Shown: positions 63,476 to 64,000 of the stretch, piece by piece
Layout: every line of letters begins with the position of its first letter
Numbering within the stretch: position 1 is the first letter of the stretch
DNA from: Podarcis tiliguerta
Lineage: Eukaryota
Length of the DNA stretch: 64,000 nucleotides
Assembly (NCBI GenBank): GCA_965153285.1
Contig: OZ229116.1
Strand: one strand, 5' to 3'
Translations under genes and position numbers: made by a program
Notes under the pieces: generated by a model
Databases searched by the model: none
The model's input: only the letters and a program-made list of their open reading frames with translations
What the model was told of the DNA's origin: nothing

Positions 63476-63719
63476 AACCTTGCCCCTGTCCCTGAGCTTT
63501 GGACATGCTTTGCTGAAGCTAATTGGAACAGGGAGTCCAAAAACATCTGGAGGGCCACAGGTTCACCTTTGGTGCAGGCCAACTTTGGTTTCCTTCTGGG
63601 GTAAAGAGGTTAAATAGAAACGGAGTACATATAAATAATTAGATAACAGTGAAATCCTATGAATGCCTGCTCAAAAGTCCCAATGTGTTTGATAGGACTA
63701 GGGCCAAATTTTCACTACA

Positions 63720-63980
63720 CATTTAAAGCAGAGCTATGTCATGGCTTCACTCAAAGAATCCTGGGAACTATAGTCTGTTAAGGGTGCTGAGACTTGTAAA
63801 GAGACCCCTGTTCCCCTGACAGAACCACAATTTCCAGAGTGGCTTAAAATCTAACTCTCTTCCCAGGGAACTCTGGGAATTGTAGCTTTGTTGGGGGATC
63901 TCTTAACAACTCTCAGCACCCTTACCCTTAACAGTCTACAGCTCCCAGGATTCTATGTGGAAAGCCATGACTATTTAAAG
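63720..63980. repeat. Palindromic MITE-like element with ~85-bp inverted arms
   Basis: gtcatggct...agaatcctggga...tgttaagggtgctgag is mirrored by ctcagcaccctta...tcccaggattct...agccatgac; related partial copies near 20530-20715 and 25390-25520. Confidence 0.65.
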
Positions 63981-64000
63981 CAAAGTTTCCCAAACTTGGG

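Noticed and set aside
1-64000. Identity of the host gene or locus
   Set aside because: No recognisable exon of a known gene; naming a locus would be a guess without an alignment.

Overview
Vertebrate genomic DNA from a squamate reptile, most likely a lacertid lizard, judged from five Sauria-type SINEs. No host protein-coding gene can be identified with confidence; the window reads as a large intron or gene desert in which repeat-free, enhancer-like blocks alternate with transposon remnants. The main element is a 3,940-bp minus-strand endogenous retrovirus (26222-30161). It has two apparently identical 357-bp LTRs, a perfect 6-bp TSD (CTAAAG), and a PBS best matching elongator tRNA-Met. Its betaretrovirus-like gag is still open but carries two in-frame capsid deletions, one removing the MHR. 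Pro, RT and RNase H are absent; an integrase core and a gamma-type env remnant (CWMC, degenerate CX6CC, TM anchor) remain. It appears to be a young non-autonomous provirus, nested in a Tc1/mariner MITE that is itself nested in a hAT MITE. Other notable items are: a solo LTR (52411-52992) holding a near-intact ORF that ends in an RRSARL motif; a Harbinger transposase fossil; a bipartite RTE-derived element; CTCF-like sites; and two odd-length N-runs lying within what look like conserved non-coding elements. All homology calls are by eye; no searches were run.
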